Assembly (NCBI GenBank): GCA_946965045.2
Contig: OX337229.1
Span: forward strand, 2,356,001-2,420,000
DNA from: Epithemia pelagica
Taxonomy: Eukaryota > Protista > Bacillariophyta
Reading direction: 5' to 3'
DNA length: 64,000 bases
Numbering within the stretch: the stretch's first letter is position 1; every line of letters starts with the position of its first letter. This document shows, in pieces, positions 45,941 to 58,009 of the stretch. A model generated the notes under the pieces. The model was not told the DNA's origin. It worked only from the letters and a program-made list of their open reading frames with translations, and searched no databases. The position numbers and the translations under genes were made by a program.

Positions 45941-47784
45941 GTTCAACTAGCCGAATATGCTGTTGCGGCGGGGCTTGCCAAAGAACCGGCCTATGCCTGG
46001 TGGGTTCCACATATGTTACGCAAACGTGGTGTGATTCTTGCAAAAGTAAAATCTCGCTATTGGAAAAGTACCCCCCACAAATATGGTATTGAACTGCCCA
46101 AAACCGTTCAAGAAGCTCTTGAGATTGATTGTCGAACGGGGACTGATTTCTGGCGGAAAGCCATCGAAAAGGAGATGAAAAATGTTTGCATTGCCTTTGA
46201 CTTCCGTGACGATGACAAAGTACCTATTGGATACAAACATATCCCGTGTCATATGGTCTTTGATATCAAGTCTGATCTTCGCCGTAAAGCCCGACTGGTT
46301 GCCGGCGGGCATAAGACTGATCCACCGGAGGAATCCACGTATTCCAGTGTTGTATCCCGTGATAGCGTACGAATTGCATTCACTATCGCTGCCCTTAATG
46401 GCCTAGACGTGTTGGCCGGGGACGTACAAAACGCATACCTCAATGCACCAACAAAAGAGCGAACTTATATCACGGCGGGACTAGAATTTGGTCCCGAAAA
46501 CGTTGGTCGACCTGCACTAATTGTTCGTGCCCTATATGGTCTGAAGAGTTCTGCTGCCCGTTGGCGTGATCACATTGCCGCAACACTTCGTGAAATGAAG
46601 TTCAAAAGTTGCTTGGCTGACCCTGATTTCTGGCTTCGACCCCAAGTCCGACATCTGATGGGTTCCAATACTATGAGTATGTACTTGTCTACATAGACAA
46701 TATACTCTGTGTCAGTCATGATCCGCGATCGATCATGAATGATCTGGAAAAACGGTATACAATCAAACCCGAGAGTATGAAAGACCCAGACGAATACTTG
46801 GGATCTGAGATTCGACACTATACCATACCAGATACTGACGATCCTGAGAACAAACCCCGATGGGCCATGTCCTCCGACAAATATGTTAAACGTGCCATAT
46901 CTGAAATTGAGACCGAACTGTCTAAAGTTGGCCAAAAGCTACAGACACGAGTCTCAACTCCGCTTGCCACTGGGTATTGTCCTGAGATCGACTCATCTCC
47001 TGAATTGGACCCACGACGTGCAAATTACTATCAGGGTCTAATTGGTATCCTTCGTTGGGTTGTGGAACTTGGTCGTATCGATATCATTGTTGCCGTATCA
47101 CAACTGTCTCGATATCTAGCCATGCCACGTGAAGGACACCTCGAACAAGCCTTGCATATTTTTGCATACCTAAAAGCGCATGGACGTTCCACCCTAGTGT
47201 TCGACGACACAACTCCGACCTTCGACGAGGATCGATTCTTCCAGGCAGATTGGTCTGAATACTACCCTGACGCTAGTGACCCTCTGCCGCCCAATATGCC
47301 TCCACCTCGTGGACGGGCTGTTACGACAACTTGTTTTGTTGATGCCGATCACGCTGGTTGTCTTGCTACGCGTCGCTCACAAACTGGTATTCTTATGTTC
47401 TTACAACGAGCACCTATCTTGTGGTATTCCAAACGACAGAGTACTGTTGAGACATCAACATTTGGCTCCGAATTTGTCGCAATGAAGACTGCCATCGAAC
47501 AGATAGAGGGTTTCCGTTACAAGTTAAGAATGATGGGCATTCCACTTGATGGCGAAACCAATGTGTTCTGTGATAATGAATCTGTGTTCAAGAGTGCAAC
47601 CATGCCTGAAGTCACTCTGAAGAAGAAGCACAATGCGATTGCTTACCATCGCACACGTGAGGCGCAAGCCGCCAACATCGTGCGTATCGCCTGGGAAGAA
47701 GGTGAAACCAATCTTGCGGACCTACTGACAAAATCGTTACCAGGACCCCGATTGTGTTTTCTAGCACAACGTGTTTTGTGGTGA
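45941..47784 (+). pseudogene. Element C RT-RNase H (frameshifted; YxDD mutated to YIDN)
   Basis: ORFs 45887-46696 and 46735-47784. The repaired frame reads YYEYVLVYIDNILC. Confidence 0.88.
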
Positions 47785-48148
47785 TTACATGATCGAATTC
47801 ATTGTTTTCACACCCCTCTTTTATTGTCTGAATAGACACCCCTCTTAATTGAGAAAAAATAGTCCTGATGGACCGGTCTCTGCTGAAACAAGTCGTGGGC
47901 GACCTAGTCGAAATGCTTCCGATCTAGCTCGCGGGGACTGAGTAAATCCCGCCAACAGGTTGCATATTGGCGGTTATATGGTTGCATATTGGCAAATATG
48001 CATCGCCTACGTATGCTGCTACGCATCTAGTTTTCTAGTCATAATTTTGGTCTAGCCACTTGTTGCACGCCGTATACACCGTGTTGTAGCGTGTAGTGGC
48101 AGGATTTATACAGCCCCATCCCGACCGGGCATACTGGTTTTGGGGTTA

Positions 48149-48735
48149 CAAGCTGGCTCACGTTGCGTTGTGCATGATTATATTAGTGTAGAAGACTGTA
48201 CCCGAAAAAAATCGTACATAAAATGCTATAGTGATTTTCCGCAGCACAGAGCACAGCACCCATGACAATGACAATGGGACGGCCGATGTTTGGGCAAATA
48301 CGATGCCATTCATGGCCGCAAGCACAAGAACTGCTGCAACTAATAGACGAAGTAGGTTAAATTTGTTTTTATGGGCACAGCTAAGGAGATGGAGAATGAT
48401 TGTCCACGATGCTCAGCAGTGGAAATACGTTCACTCCTTGTGGAGACTGAACTACAGGTCGAAATGCGCGACACCCCTATGATTTCCTACTGCTTTCATA
48501 TCTACCCTATCGATTAGGTTGGGTGGTGCTTCGCATTTCGCCCGCGGATTGGCCATTGTCGCATGAAGCGGTCACTTGTGGTTATTGCATTTTGCATTTT
48601 ACGATATGTGCGCGACAAAATGTGAGGAGCATGAAAAAGTAACTGGTTCGAAACGCTGGGGTACTGTAGGCTAAAGTGTAGTATACAATTTCCCACTCTG
48701 AAAAACTCATGCACTTCGCAACGTGAACCAGCTTG
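48149..48735. mobile_element. 587-bp MITE, Tc1/mariner-like (TA target duplication)
   Basis: TA-CAAGCTGGCTCACGTTGCGTTGTGCATGA ... TCATGCACTTCGCAACGTGAACCAGCTTG-TA. The inverted repeats match at 26 of 29 positions. No coding capacity. Confidence 0.75.
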
Positions 48736-49329
48736 TAGAAAATATAGGGGGATCTTACAGAAGAGGAGGGGAAAAAAGGAGGAGAGAAGAAGAAGAAGAA
48801 AAGGAAAAAAGAAAAAGAAGGAAGAAATTATGGTAAGATTCCCTTCGTCGAGAACGTGCGATTGCCGCTATCAGAATGTGATCTAATTGGCTGTTGTCTT
48901 TGTCACTGTTTCTTCCCCTGTGTGCAATGTGTGGTGAGTACGTGGTGGACCACGAAGTAGAGAGGAGGGGATTTGGCAGGTCCCCACGGTCAACGTACGA
49001 GTGTTTCTACGGTAAGTGCTGAGAGCAGCTGTCTTTTGCCTATGTAAAACAACGTCAGCCTCACATATGCCTTGTGACATTTGTTCGTATTGCCGGTGTG
49101 TGTCTTTTAGCCATACTTAAAACGCCGTATACTGCGCGAAGATTTGCAAATGGCTAGCTACTCATTATTTTATCAACGATGGCTTTCTCACTACTGTTGT
49201 TGTGTTCTTGCCAATACTGTTTTCTTTCGTTCTTCTGTTTCCGGTAACAGCACCATGGTAAGTGCTCAAGCACTGCTGGTGCCCGAATCATGTTGCTTTT
49301 TTCATTTCACTAACTATTTTTATTTTTTC

Positions 49330-52300
49330 TCAATACAGATGATTGCTCGCATTGTTTTGGCTTGATTTGTCATGCGGTGGGATGCCCCTTCGATTGGGGC
49401 GATTCCAGTACTGAATGTTGCGGATGCAACAGTTGTTGGTTGGAAGTTGCGGGGGGAATTGTGGTGGTGGTTGATTTGGCAGCAGTATTTGTTGATGGGC
49501 CGGATTGGGCACGGCCGTTGTTTGCTGGCAGAGGATCGTGGACAAGAAAGCTGCCTGCTGCAGCAATTGCTGCTGGTAGTGATAGACCTTGGTCTGGTTG
49601 TGTTGCATGGATGGCACCGCTTGGTGCTGGATCATTTGTTGTTGTGTTGGAGGCATGGTAATGTTTGTTGTTGTTGTTGTTGCATTTGGATTCTTTGCAG
49701 GCTGGAAATGAGCGGCCACTGGAGATGATTCAGCTTGCATACTGTTTGTCTCACCCTCCTCCTCTGCCATATTGATATCTTCGCTGTCACTCTCCTTTTC
49801 TTTTTCTTTTTCTTTTTCTTCATTCATGTCTTGCTCTTCATCTGATTCATCTTCCTCGTCGTGCTGTCGGTTGTTGTTGTCATCGTTGTTGTCTTCATGA
49901 TCGTCTCCCATCTCTTCGATTGCAAGTTGTGTTTTATTGTGGAGATAACTGGAACAGCCATTGCAGGGACAGTGGTCATTGTGGAAGAATTGGAGCGGCC
50001 ATTGTTGCTGGATCTCTGTTTGGATTGAGAGATATTCCGAGAAGAAGCGTTCACCGTTGTCGTCCGGTAAGTCCTCCACGTAGTCGAACGGTTTCTTTGC
50101 CCCGCAGCGAACGGCAAGCTTGTTGATGAATGCCAACTCGCAGTGATTCCAGTGACTCACAACTCCTTCCCATGCTGCAGGCATTTTCTTGTTGCGTTGT
50201 TGCGAATTGAGATTGGCTAAACGGACGCTTTGTCGTATTTTCTTGTTGTATCGGGCTGTTCCACAGAGATTCAGCACATCGCTGAGTGCCTCGTTCATAC
50301 CTCCATTCCCAAAATGGGCAAGGTTGTCGTGCCATGATTCGAGCTTACTTTCACCACGGTAAGACACAAACTCACTCAACCCGTGCTTTGAATTGGGATG
50401 GGCCTTGATCTCACGATACATTTTCTTCGTTGGCAGTGGATCCGACAAGAACTCCGCTTTGTTTTTGCAGTTTTCGATTGCCTGGTGCGTTTCAGCAGTG
50501 AACAGAGATTGCTGTGTACGCGGATCAAGCCTCCCTCGTGCTGGACTCGAACCCTCGGAAGCTCTCACCTTGTACTTGTTTTTCCATTCTTCTAGTTTTG
50601 TTGTGATGGCCTGTTTCCCCCGAATCTTCTTCCGTAAGTACTTTCCATACCTTTGTCGAAAGGTTTTTGTTTGGCGCATCACTGCAATGCCTTTGTCACT
50701 GTACTTCTCACCTGTTGCCGACATTTCTCCATTCTTTAGGGCTGTCACGAGTCTGCCAAAGTCGCCGTCGTCATACTCGTATAGACAGTCGAGGAGGTCA
50801 CGCATTGCATCACCATAGTCTATGTGACTCGGACGCATGGTCTTAGTGATTCGGCGAATGAAATGGAACAGGCCCAGTCTACCTTGGACATTATTCCCTT
50901 CTTTGCCTTTACCCAACAATTCCTCCCAATAGCCTTTTTTGTGCGGGAAGGTGTCGGAATACATGATAGATGGTCGGAATCCTGGTCGCTTGGCCAGTTG
51001 GGTTGCGGCATGTGAGAAATGCTTGGTTTCTGTAGTTTTGACAAGAATAGCCAAGAGCACTTCCCCATGTTCATTGCAACAATCAAACAGGGCCTGCAGC
51101 ATATATGAGGTCACTGACGAAATCCCCATTCCCATGGGTGATCATCAACTCCTCAATCATGGTTGTAGAGATGACATCCAAGTGCTGTGCACCTCGAGCC
51201 CACTTTGCCTTGACTGGGTACCATTTCTGAAAATGTGAGGGCATCATGTTCAGAAGTGCGCCGTCGTTGCCGGCATGCGTCACCTTGCACTCCGGGCAGT
51301 AGTAGTTGGTGACCAGGGCGTAGTGTGGAGCACCACCAAGATTAAAAATCGGGAACAAACTCTTGCTCCTGGACAGGTTCGTGCGGTCTCTTTTTAGTGT
51401 ACAAGTCTTACACTTCGGGCACTTGAGCCCAATATTTTTGAATTCTTCCGGTAGAAATAGCCCCCAATCCACAATGTATAATTTGCACCCTACTATTGAG
51501 TCCCACAGGGCATTGTTGTTGTCACGCACGTCGGGCACACAGAACCCCATGTTGCGCATGTATGCCGTAAGTGACGACAGGTCACGCTTCTTCTCTAAAC
51601 AAGTTTCAGCGATCGTCTTGGCCAGCGCAAAAATCATCTTCGGACATGTAATCGAACTGTCTGGCGTGATTTCTTTATATTTGTTGAGTACCGATTTCAT
51701 AAAAACATACTGCGCCGACCCAACCGAAGACAAAACTTTGTTATTGATGAGAGCGTCTGTGCGCGCAACACAGTTCTTCCTTCCTCCCCGTTTACTTGAA
51801 ATCTCAATATCTGCCGCCGTTATGGTTGTGGCTTCGTTTGAAGCATCACAAACTGCTTTATTGTTGAGTTGGAAGAAGAGGTTAAAGTCCTCTTGGGTCA
51901 TGATGATTGGGTTGTAAGTGACCTCCTTGTTTGCCTCTTTCTTGAGCCTTTCTTCTTCCTTCATGGCCTCTACCAAGTGGTCTGGTATGCCTCTTGTCTT
52001 TGTGTTTCTCGGGCAGAAGACGTGGTGTGGTCGTTTGGGTGGCTTCGTCCCAAGCCTCTTGGCACTGCAGATCTTGCAGGCCCTTTCAGGCTCAAAGGCC
52101 TTTTTCTTTTCCACTGTGAGCTGTCTGAATTCCCTTGCCTCTTTTTGTTTCCTTTTCTTGTTGCTTGTTTGGTGTTGGGCTAATGCTTTTGCCCGTTTGG
52201 TTTGGTTGTTGCGATTCTGGCTTCGGCAACCCATGCCCTGTTCACTGGGCTTTCTTTTATATGGGTTGTGCAACACCACCTTTGGTGCTGGAGGTGAAGG

Positions 52301-52450
52301 AGAGTCATTCTCAGTGGTGGGCATCGTCACAGGGTCCATTGTCCTTCCAGAAACATGGACACCATTGTCCATGTCCTGGGGCACGTCAACCGCGACTGGT
52401 CTCATTGGCACGGAATCGTGTTGGAGCGGAACTCCTCGTCGTTTCGGCAT
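49330..52450 (-). pseudogene. DUF6729-type transposase-like gene with internal deletion/frameshift
   Basis: CPKC...YYCPEC...NDGALL...YP, CNEHGEVL, MYSDTFP, RLGLFHFIRRI, and RGESKLESWH parallel motifs I recall from DUF6729-associated proteins (GNE.GQVL, LYVDRDCC, RLDIWHFMRR, RGS.SLESFH). Frame break at about 51090. Confidence 0.55.
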
Positions 52451-52828
52451 TTTTCAGCAAGATTCCGTGGCTTTTTGCGCGTGACGCGCAATGTCTACAG
52501 GTAAGAGAAGACATGTCTTGTGTGATTATTCGTTAAGTATTTTGCTGTCTTGTCTATGTCTTGTGAAATTTCTAACCCAATCATGTATCTGCCATGTATT
52601 TCTGAGGCCCCTATGGTACCGTCCTAGCAAAAAAGCTAAACATTATAGGCGCCCGGAGTCCGTAGAATGAGACCGCCTCCGGTCGACGGGTGATGGTCGG
52701 ACGGACAATACATGGACATTGGACATGCGTTTCATAATCAATCACAACAACACACGCAGCTCCTTACTCCGTATCATTCTTGGGAGTCCTGTCTACCTTG
52801 TGTCATCGGTTGTCCTTTGGTTATCAGC

Positions 52829-53403
52829 ATGTCGGAAGTGAAGTATAAGCCACTGGATTACAAATTGAAACCGTATCCACATGTGGAAAAGGCTGAAGTA
52901 AGTAGAGCAAACCAGCGTGTGGTGTGAGTTCATCAAAGGAGGCGTCCCTTTCCAAGTCTACTTCACCTTGATTGTCGTGTGGGTGTTTTCGCTATCCCTA
53001 GATGGTACTCATGAGTGAAATTCGATGGAATCCATTGGAATGATAGATGGATGATCATTACTGTTCCTCACCGGTTTGTTTACTTCGGGTGCCGGTATCC
53101 CATTTTCTCTCTTTGTACTTCTCCTAGTACGGTCGCACGGAAGATCCGGTGGGTTATTTGAATGCTGTGGAACAACGAGCTCGAGAACGTCAGGTGGCGA
53201 TCGAAACAGTCCGTATTTTGCGAGATCGAGTCATTCTTTGCAAACGTAAACATGGTGTCAATGCCCATGAATATTGCCGAAGGGAGGCTCAGGATTATTT
53301 CGACGTGATTCAACAACGTAGCATGGGCCAGTTGCAACCGGAATGGAAGGATCCTGCCAAGAAAGAAGGTTGGACTGGATTTACCGAACCGTTTCAGAAA
53401 TAA
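52829..53403 (+). CDS. NDUFB10: NADH dehydrogenase (complex I) subunit NDUFB10/PDSW; exons 52829-52897 and 53128-53403, 114 aa
   Basis: The GTAAGT...CTCCTAG intron joins the exons in frame. DPVGYL...IETVRILRDRVILCKRKHGVNAHEYCR matches the plant-type NDUFB10 pattern DPV...IE.AKILRE....C.R.EGVN....CR. Confidence 0.8.
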
Positions 53404-54289
53404 TTGCAATAGCGAAGAAAAGGTGCACGTGAAGACGAATGTCGGGGAGTATACACTGTTTCCATTACAAAGGAACAAAAATATGAAAAAACGGAGAGAA
53501 TGGTACACCTTTGTGTTTAAAGTGATTGATGGAAAGCCTATGAGGAAATAGGAAATGCGAACGTTTTTCTTTACGTAAAGAATAATTTGAGTTGTACCCT
53601 CGTCTCTTTCTCTTTGATAGTTCCCTAATCTTCGTACGCCGGTCTCCTACCGAGATGGTGGAACGCTGCATCGTTCGAAAGCTTTTGTTTTTATTGGCAT
53701 GTCAATGTCATGGAAGTATAGAGTAGTGTATGAGTCGACAGCAATAAGCATTTGTAATTTGTTTGTCCCCGGAAAGGGGCTTTTGAAGGACTTCCCAGCG
53801 AGTAAGTTCATTCCTCGGATCTTTTGGGTCTTATTTAATTTTCTATTCTCAACTCTCAACCCGTTTGGGATTGGATACTGCGCCCCACAAATCAGATCAC
53901 ACAAAGAACTTCGCGAGACACCCATCAGCCTTTTGTCCTTTTCTTTTTTCCATAGAGAGAGAATAGAGAAACAAGGTTGTGGTCTTATCGCTGTCGCTGT
54001 GTTCCGTATTTCTCTACATCTCAATCACTTTTGTTGGCTTTGGAGTTCGAAACAGCAATAGGAGAAGCAACGAATGAACACAGCCGTCTTTGTGCATTTC
54101 ATTTCATGTTTTTCTCGCTACGTGCTATTCTTCAAGACTGAAGACGAACTTTGGTGCGGAAGATCAAGGCCCACCTTCGAGCTCAAGTTTCTATCGATTC
54201 TGCACCCTTAGATCACTATCTGACCGGATTACGATCCATCCTGATAATCAGAGGAAACAAACTACCATTCAAATCGCCAAAAACTCAGG

Positions 54290-57200
54290 ATGACGAAATC
54301 TGGAAGACAATACGGGGAAATCACCCAAAAGAATCGGTCCATTACGATTCTGGTAGTCGGAGATGGTGCGTGTATTCATTCGTTGATCAGGAAAAGAAAT
54401 GTAAAAGTCCGATCGTGTGTATGGAGCATATTCTAATGGTTCTTCTATGCTTGCTGTTGTTCTTTTTTGTTTCTTCGTGAACACAGAACAAGTGGGGAAA
54501 TCCTCTCTTATTTCTACATTTGTCTCACGTTATTTTGATCCTGATCCCTCCAATGTCGTACCTGGTGTCATGACGCGAGTGCAATTGCCTCCCACGCACA
54601 TTTGGACACATACCTTCTACGATGCCTCATGTCAACAGCGGCAACGGAAACAACCATCACGTGGCTCCCAATCATCCATGTACCGCGCTCCTCCAACCAC
54701 AACCAAAACAACACGAACGACCGTTACAACTGTCATTGTTGATTCGCAACGAGCCGATGTGGCATTGCAACAAGGCACGAAAGAATCCAACAACAGTCCA
54801 GCAGACGTGTCGGAGCAGCCATCAGAAATTGTTTTACCACCCAAACAAGTGGATTCCATCCTGTTGGTCCACGACTTGTCACGCCCCGAAACCTTGGCCC
54901 GACTTGAGCATCACTGGTTGCCCCTCCTCGAACGAACGTATCAAGGCAAGGTAAGAAGTCTGTCTTCTGTATACATAGTTTCGTTTCCCTTGGCTAATCG
55001 GTTGTCGATCATTCGTCCACGTGCCTCAAGGTCCCAGTGATTATCGCTGAAAATAAGCATGATTTGCTTTCTTCGTCGCATCTATCTGGCCCTGAATCCG
55101 CAACAGCAACAACAAGTGCCACCTCAACATCTGCGAATCCTTCGCCATCCACCCCGCCGGCGGCGGCCAATACAATCAACGCAAGTAATAGTCGACGTCG
55201 CCAATTTATTGTTGCTTTAATGCAACGTTTTCCCTTTGTCCGGCAATGCATCAAATGCAGTGCCAAGGACTTTTTGCACGTGGACGATGTCTTTCTCAAG
55301 ACGCAACAGGCTGTTCTGTATCCGTTTACCTCGGCATTGTACGATTTGGAGCAGGGACAATTGTCTACCGCCTGTCGTTGTGCTCTTTCACACATTTTTC
55401 GACTTTATCTGTCGCCACAATCGCATGAGCGACCCAATCAGGCGCTGTGGACACGGGAGGAATGGGAACGATTTACACAACAAGTAGTAGATTTGGAACA
55501 AGCCGTGGGAGCTGATTGGAATACCTGGAAGAAAATTGTCAAAGAGCAACAACAACAGCAACTGTCGGAATCCGCGAATGATGCTACTTCTCTGAATGAC
55601 CATGCATGGAACCAAGATGTCTTGGGCAATTTACCCGATGGAACGACCGGTTTTACCGTGGCAGGCTTTTGTGCAATTTATGATGTCTTGGTTCATCAAA
55701 ATCGGTTGGATTGTGTGTGGGAAACCTTGCGGAAATTTGGATATCAAGATGACTTGCAATTGCCCCCCTGTAATTTCACCGATGAGGATAGTTCCTTATT
55801 GCAAGATCAACAGCAGATTTCCATATCGAGTTTGGACCATGACGAACAACTCTTTCTAATGCAACTCTTTGAACAACACGCTTCTGTCACAATCGCGCAC
55901 ACATCCAGGGAGAGCAAGAGCAATGAACCTTCGTTGTTTCGGCACAAGGCCTTATCGGTACAGGATCTGTGCCGCGTCTTTGCCACCAGTGACCCACACT
56001 TGCCACCCTGGAATCCTGTCCGGGCCGCCACATTGTTTCAGGAATCACGAATAAAGCCTCACCAACATTTGCTTCCTCGGACGTCCCGGGCTCCTGTTGC
56101 CCAGGTGCAGCAGGGCGATGACGAGGAAGTCATGACTGTACCCAACCCATCCTTACCGGAACATCAAGAGGGCAGTACCAGTAGTACGCAGAGTCAAATC
56201 TCTCCTACACCACCGGTGTTGTCCACCAGCGGCATTTCCATTTTGAGTGCCTCGGACTCGATTCCTAGTTTGGGTTCCGCGGCTGCAGCATCTTCCTCAA
56301 CCGGGCGCATTGTTTCTGGCTTGATTCCTTGGGTTAGTTTATCTCAGATCACAAAACCGAATAGCACTGCCATGAATCTATTGGAGTGGATGGGGCATTG
56401 GCATTTAATGGTCGGGACGCATGCGGCCTTGACGCGATTAGAACTGTATCGATTGGGTTACGTACCATCGTGGTCGCCCATGAGACAATCGCAGCTATCT
56501 TCCAATAGTCCACCTTCCGAACAACCGCCAACGCGTTCAAGACAAACAACCACACCCTTGGAATCGAAGAGTTCCCCTTCGTTGGTCATGTCGTCCCTGA
56601 TTCAAAATACGCGACAAGTGCGTGTTTTGGTAATCAGCGAAGGATCAAATGCCAACAAGAATCCGAATCGACCTGCCATGACCAGTCAATTAATTCAATC
56701 ACTTTGCTGTAATGGGAACGTAGCTTCGTCAACGTCAACCATTCTCGTCGAACCAGAAGCGACTGTAGCTGATGATAATTCCGCTACATCAAAAGGAAGC
56801 ACAAAGTGTTGGATCGAAACATCACATGCGCATGTTTGTCTGAAGCGGAATCCGATCCCACATCGCCTAAATTCCTCGTCTCACCAACGAGACCTCGTGG
56901 TCCATTTTCTCTTTTATCATGTACCTCAAGAGTTAGTACCATTGGTACTTGATTTCAACGAAGGTGGCGAAAAGAATTGCAACAACGATCCAACAACCCA
57001 TTCCTTTGATTTAGTTATGCTCCCATTTGACGACATGTCGAGTCTGCAGCAATGTCAAGAATGGGAACGTCGATACATCAAAAAGTCCATGCCTCGGGTC
57101 TTTGTCTTGGTCACGCGAGACATTATGCATAATTCAAAATCAGCGGTCTTCCATGCGGCGACACGGCACTGTGTCAGGCAGGAACTGGATAATCAACCAC

Positions 57201-57637
57201 TGTTGTGGACCACAACACCTCGAATGACCGCTGCCAAGACTTCTACAGGTCCCTCTATTGTTCATGCGTCACAGGAGCAAGTAGCCTTTCTTACAGTCCT
57301 GGCTCGGTGTTGTATCCGTGGCGAATCGGGCCTTGAAGGTTTGTTATTGCTTCAGTCGAGTCCCTATGAGGCACAGAAACGTCGTCGCGAACAATGGTTG
57401 CAAACGATTGGATTGGGTGTTGTTGGTGTTGTGGTCGTGCTGGGCGTTGGATACTTTTCACTGGCCTCATCGTGGCTTAAAAGTTTTTTCACGTCCTCTT
57501 CGTCCACGACAGAAACTACCGCGACCAATGTAGCCTCTTCTGCGGCAGCAACTGGACATCACTCAATTCTTCTGGCACATGGTGAGGGGTCAACCTCGAT
57601 TTCTTCCAACTCAGCATCCGCGCGGACACGCAGTTAG
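54290..57637 (+). CDS. MIRO: Mitochondrial Rho GTPase (Miro/Gem1); exons 54290-54365, 54487-54950, 55031-57637, about 1048 aa
   Basis: Splicing yields ILVVGDEQVGKSSLI, HWLP, VPVIIAENKHDL, CIKCSAK, QQAVLYP, ACRCALSHIF, VWETLRKFGYQDDL, PPW and a C-terminal TM segment. GT-AG introns keep the frame. Confidence 0.87.
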
Positions 57638-58009
57638 CCAACTAAGTTGATCAGTTACACTATCCTATAGCCCGTACAAAGATAGCACGACGTTACGGCT
57701 CTAACGAAATAAACTCTGGTTAAAGACCTCGTCGCTTTTAAATTGTGACCAATGTGGTATCAGAGAAGACAGCACACAACGATAGTCATCAGCTGGTTGT
57801 AGAGATATTTGGTGCTGTGGATGAGTGATGTGGTTTTGTCCGGTACGGGATGACCAAGTGGCCAGAAGACACCAAATTTCCGAGGCTGCATCGAGAGGGA
57901 CAAACGAAATCGTAGTTTTCAATTGCCTCAATGCGCCATTGTGCGGCTCTTGTCGCTAACTTCTGGTCTAAAATAGATGGTTATTCCCATAATGTCCTGT
58001 TATTTAAGT

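Larger units (their letters stand above)
36846..47784 (+). mobile_element. Element C: decayed Ty1/Copia retrotransposon, interrupted by element D; no LTR pair found
   Basis: Gag (GVPLTYVLR, DGREAYLAL), protease EMDWHADTCC, integrase ISDGA/SQWQNAAE, RT KARLVAGGH/ALYGLKSS, and RNase H FVDA/TFGSEF/CDNES. In-frame stops at 37917, 38376, 39099 and 39318. Confidence 0.9.

Noticed and set aside
36039-48112. The two 38-bp repeats as the LTR starts of element C
   Set aside because: Similarity collapses after about 40 bp, the right copy is 300 bp past the RNase H stop, and there is no PPT before it.
57755-57765. TGGTATCAGAG, a perfect plant-type tRNAiMet PBS
   Set aside because: It lies in the short gap between two convergent host genes, with no LTR or gag nearby. 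Likely chance.
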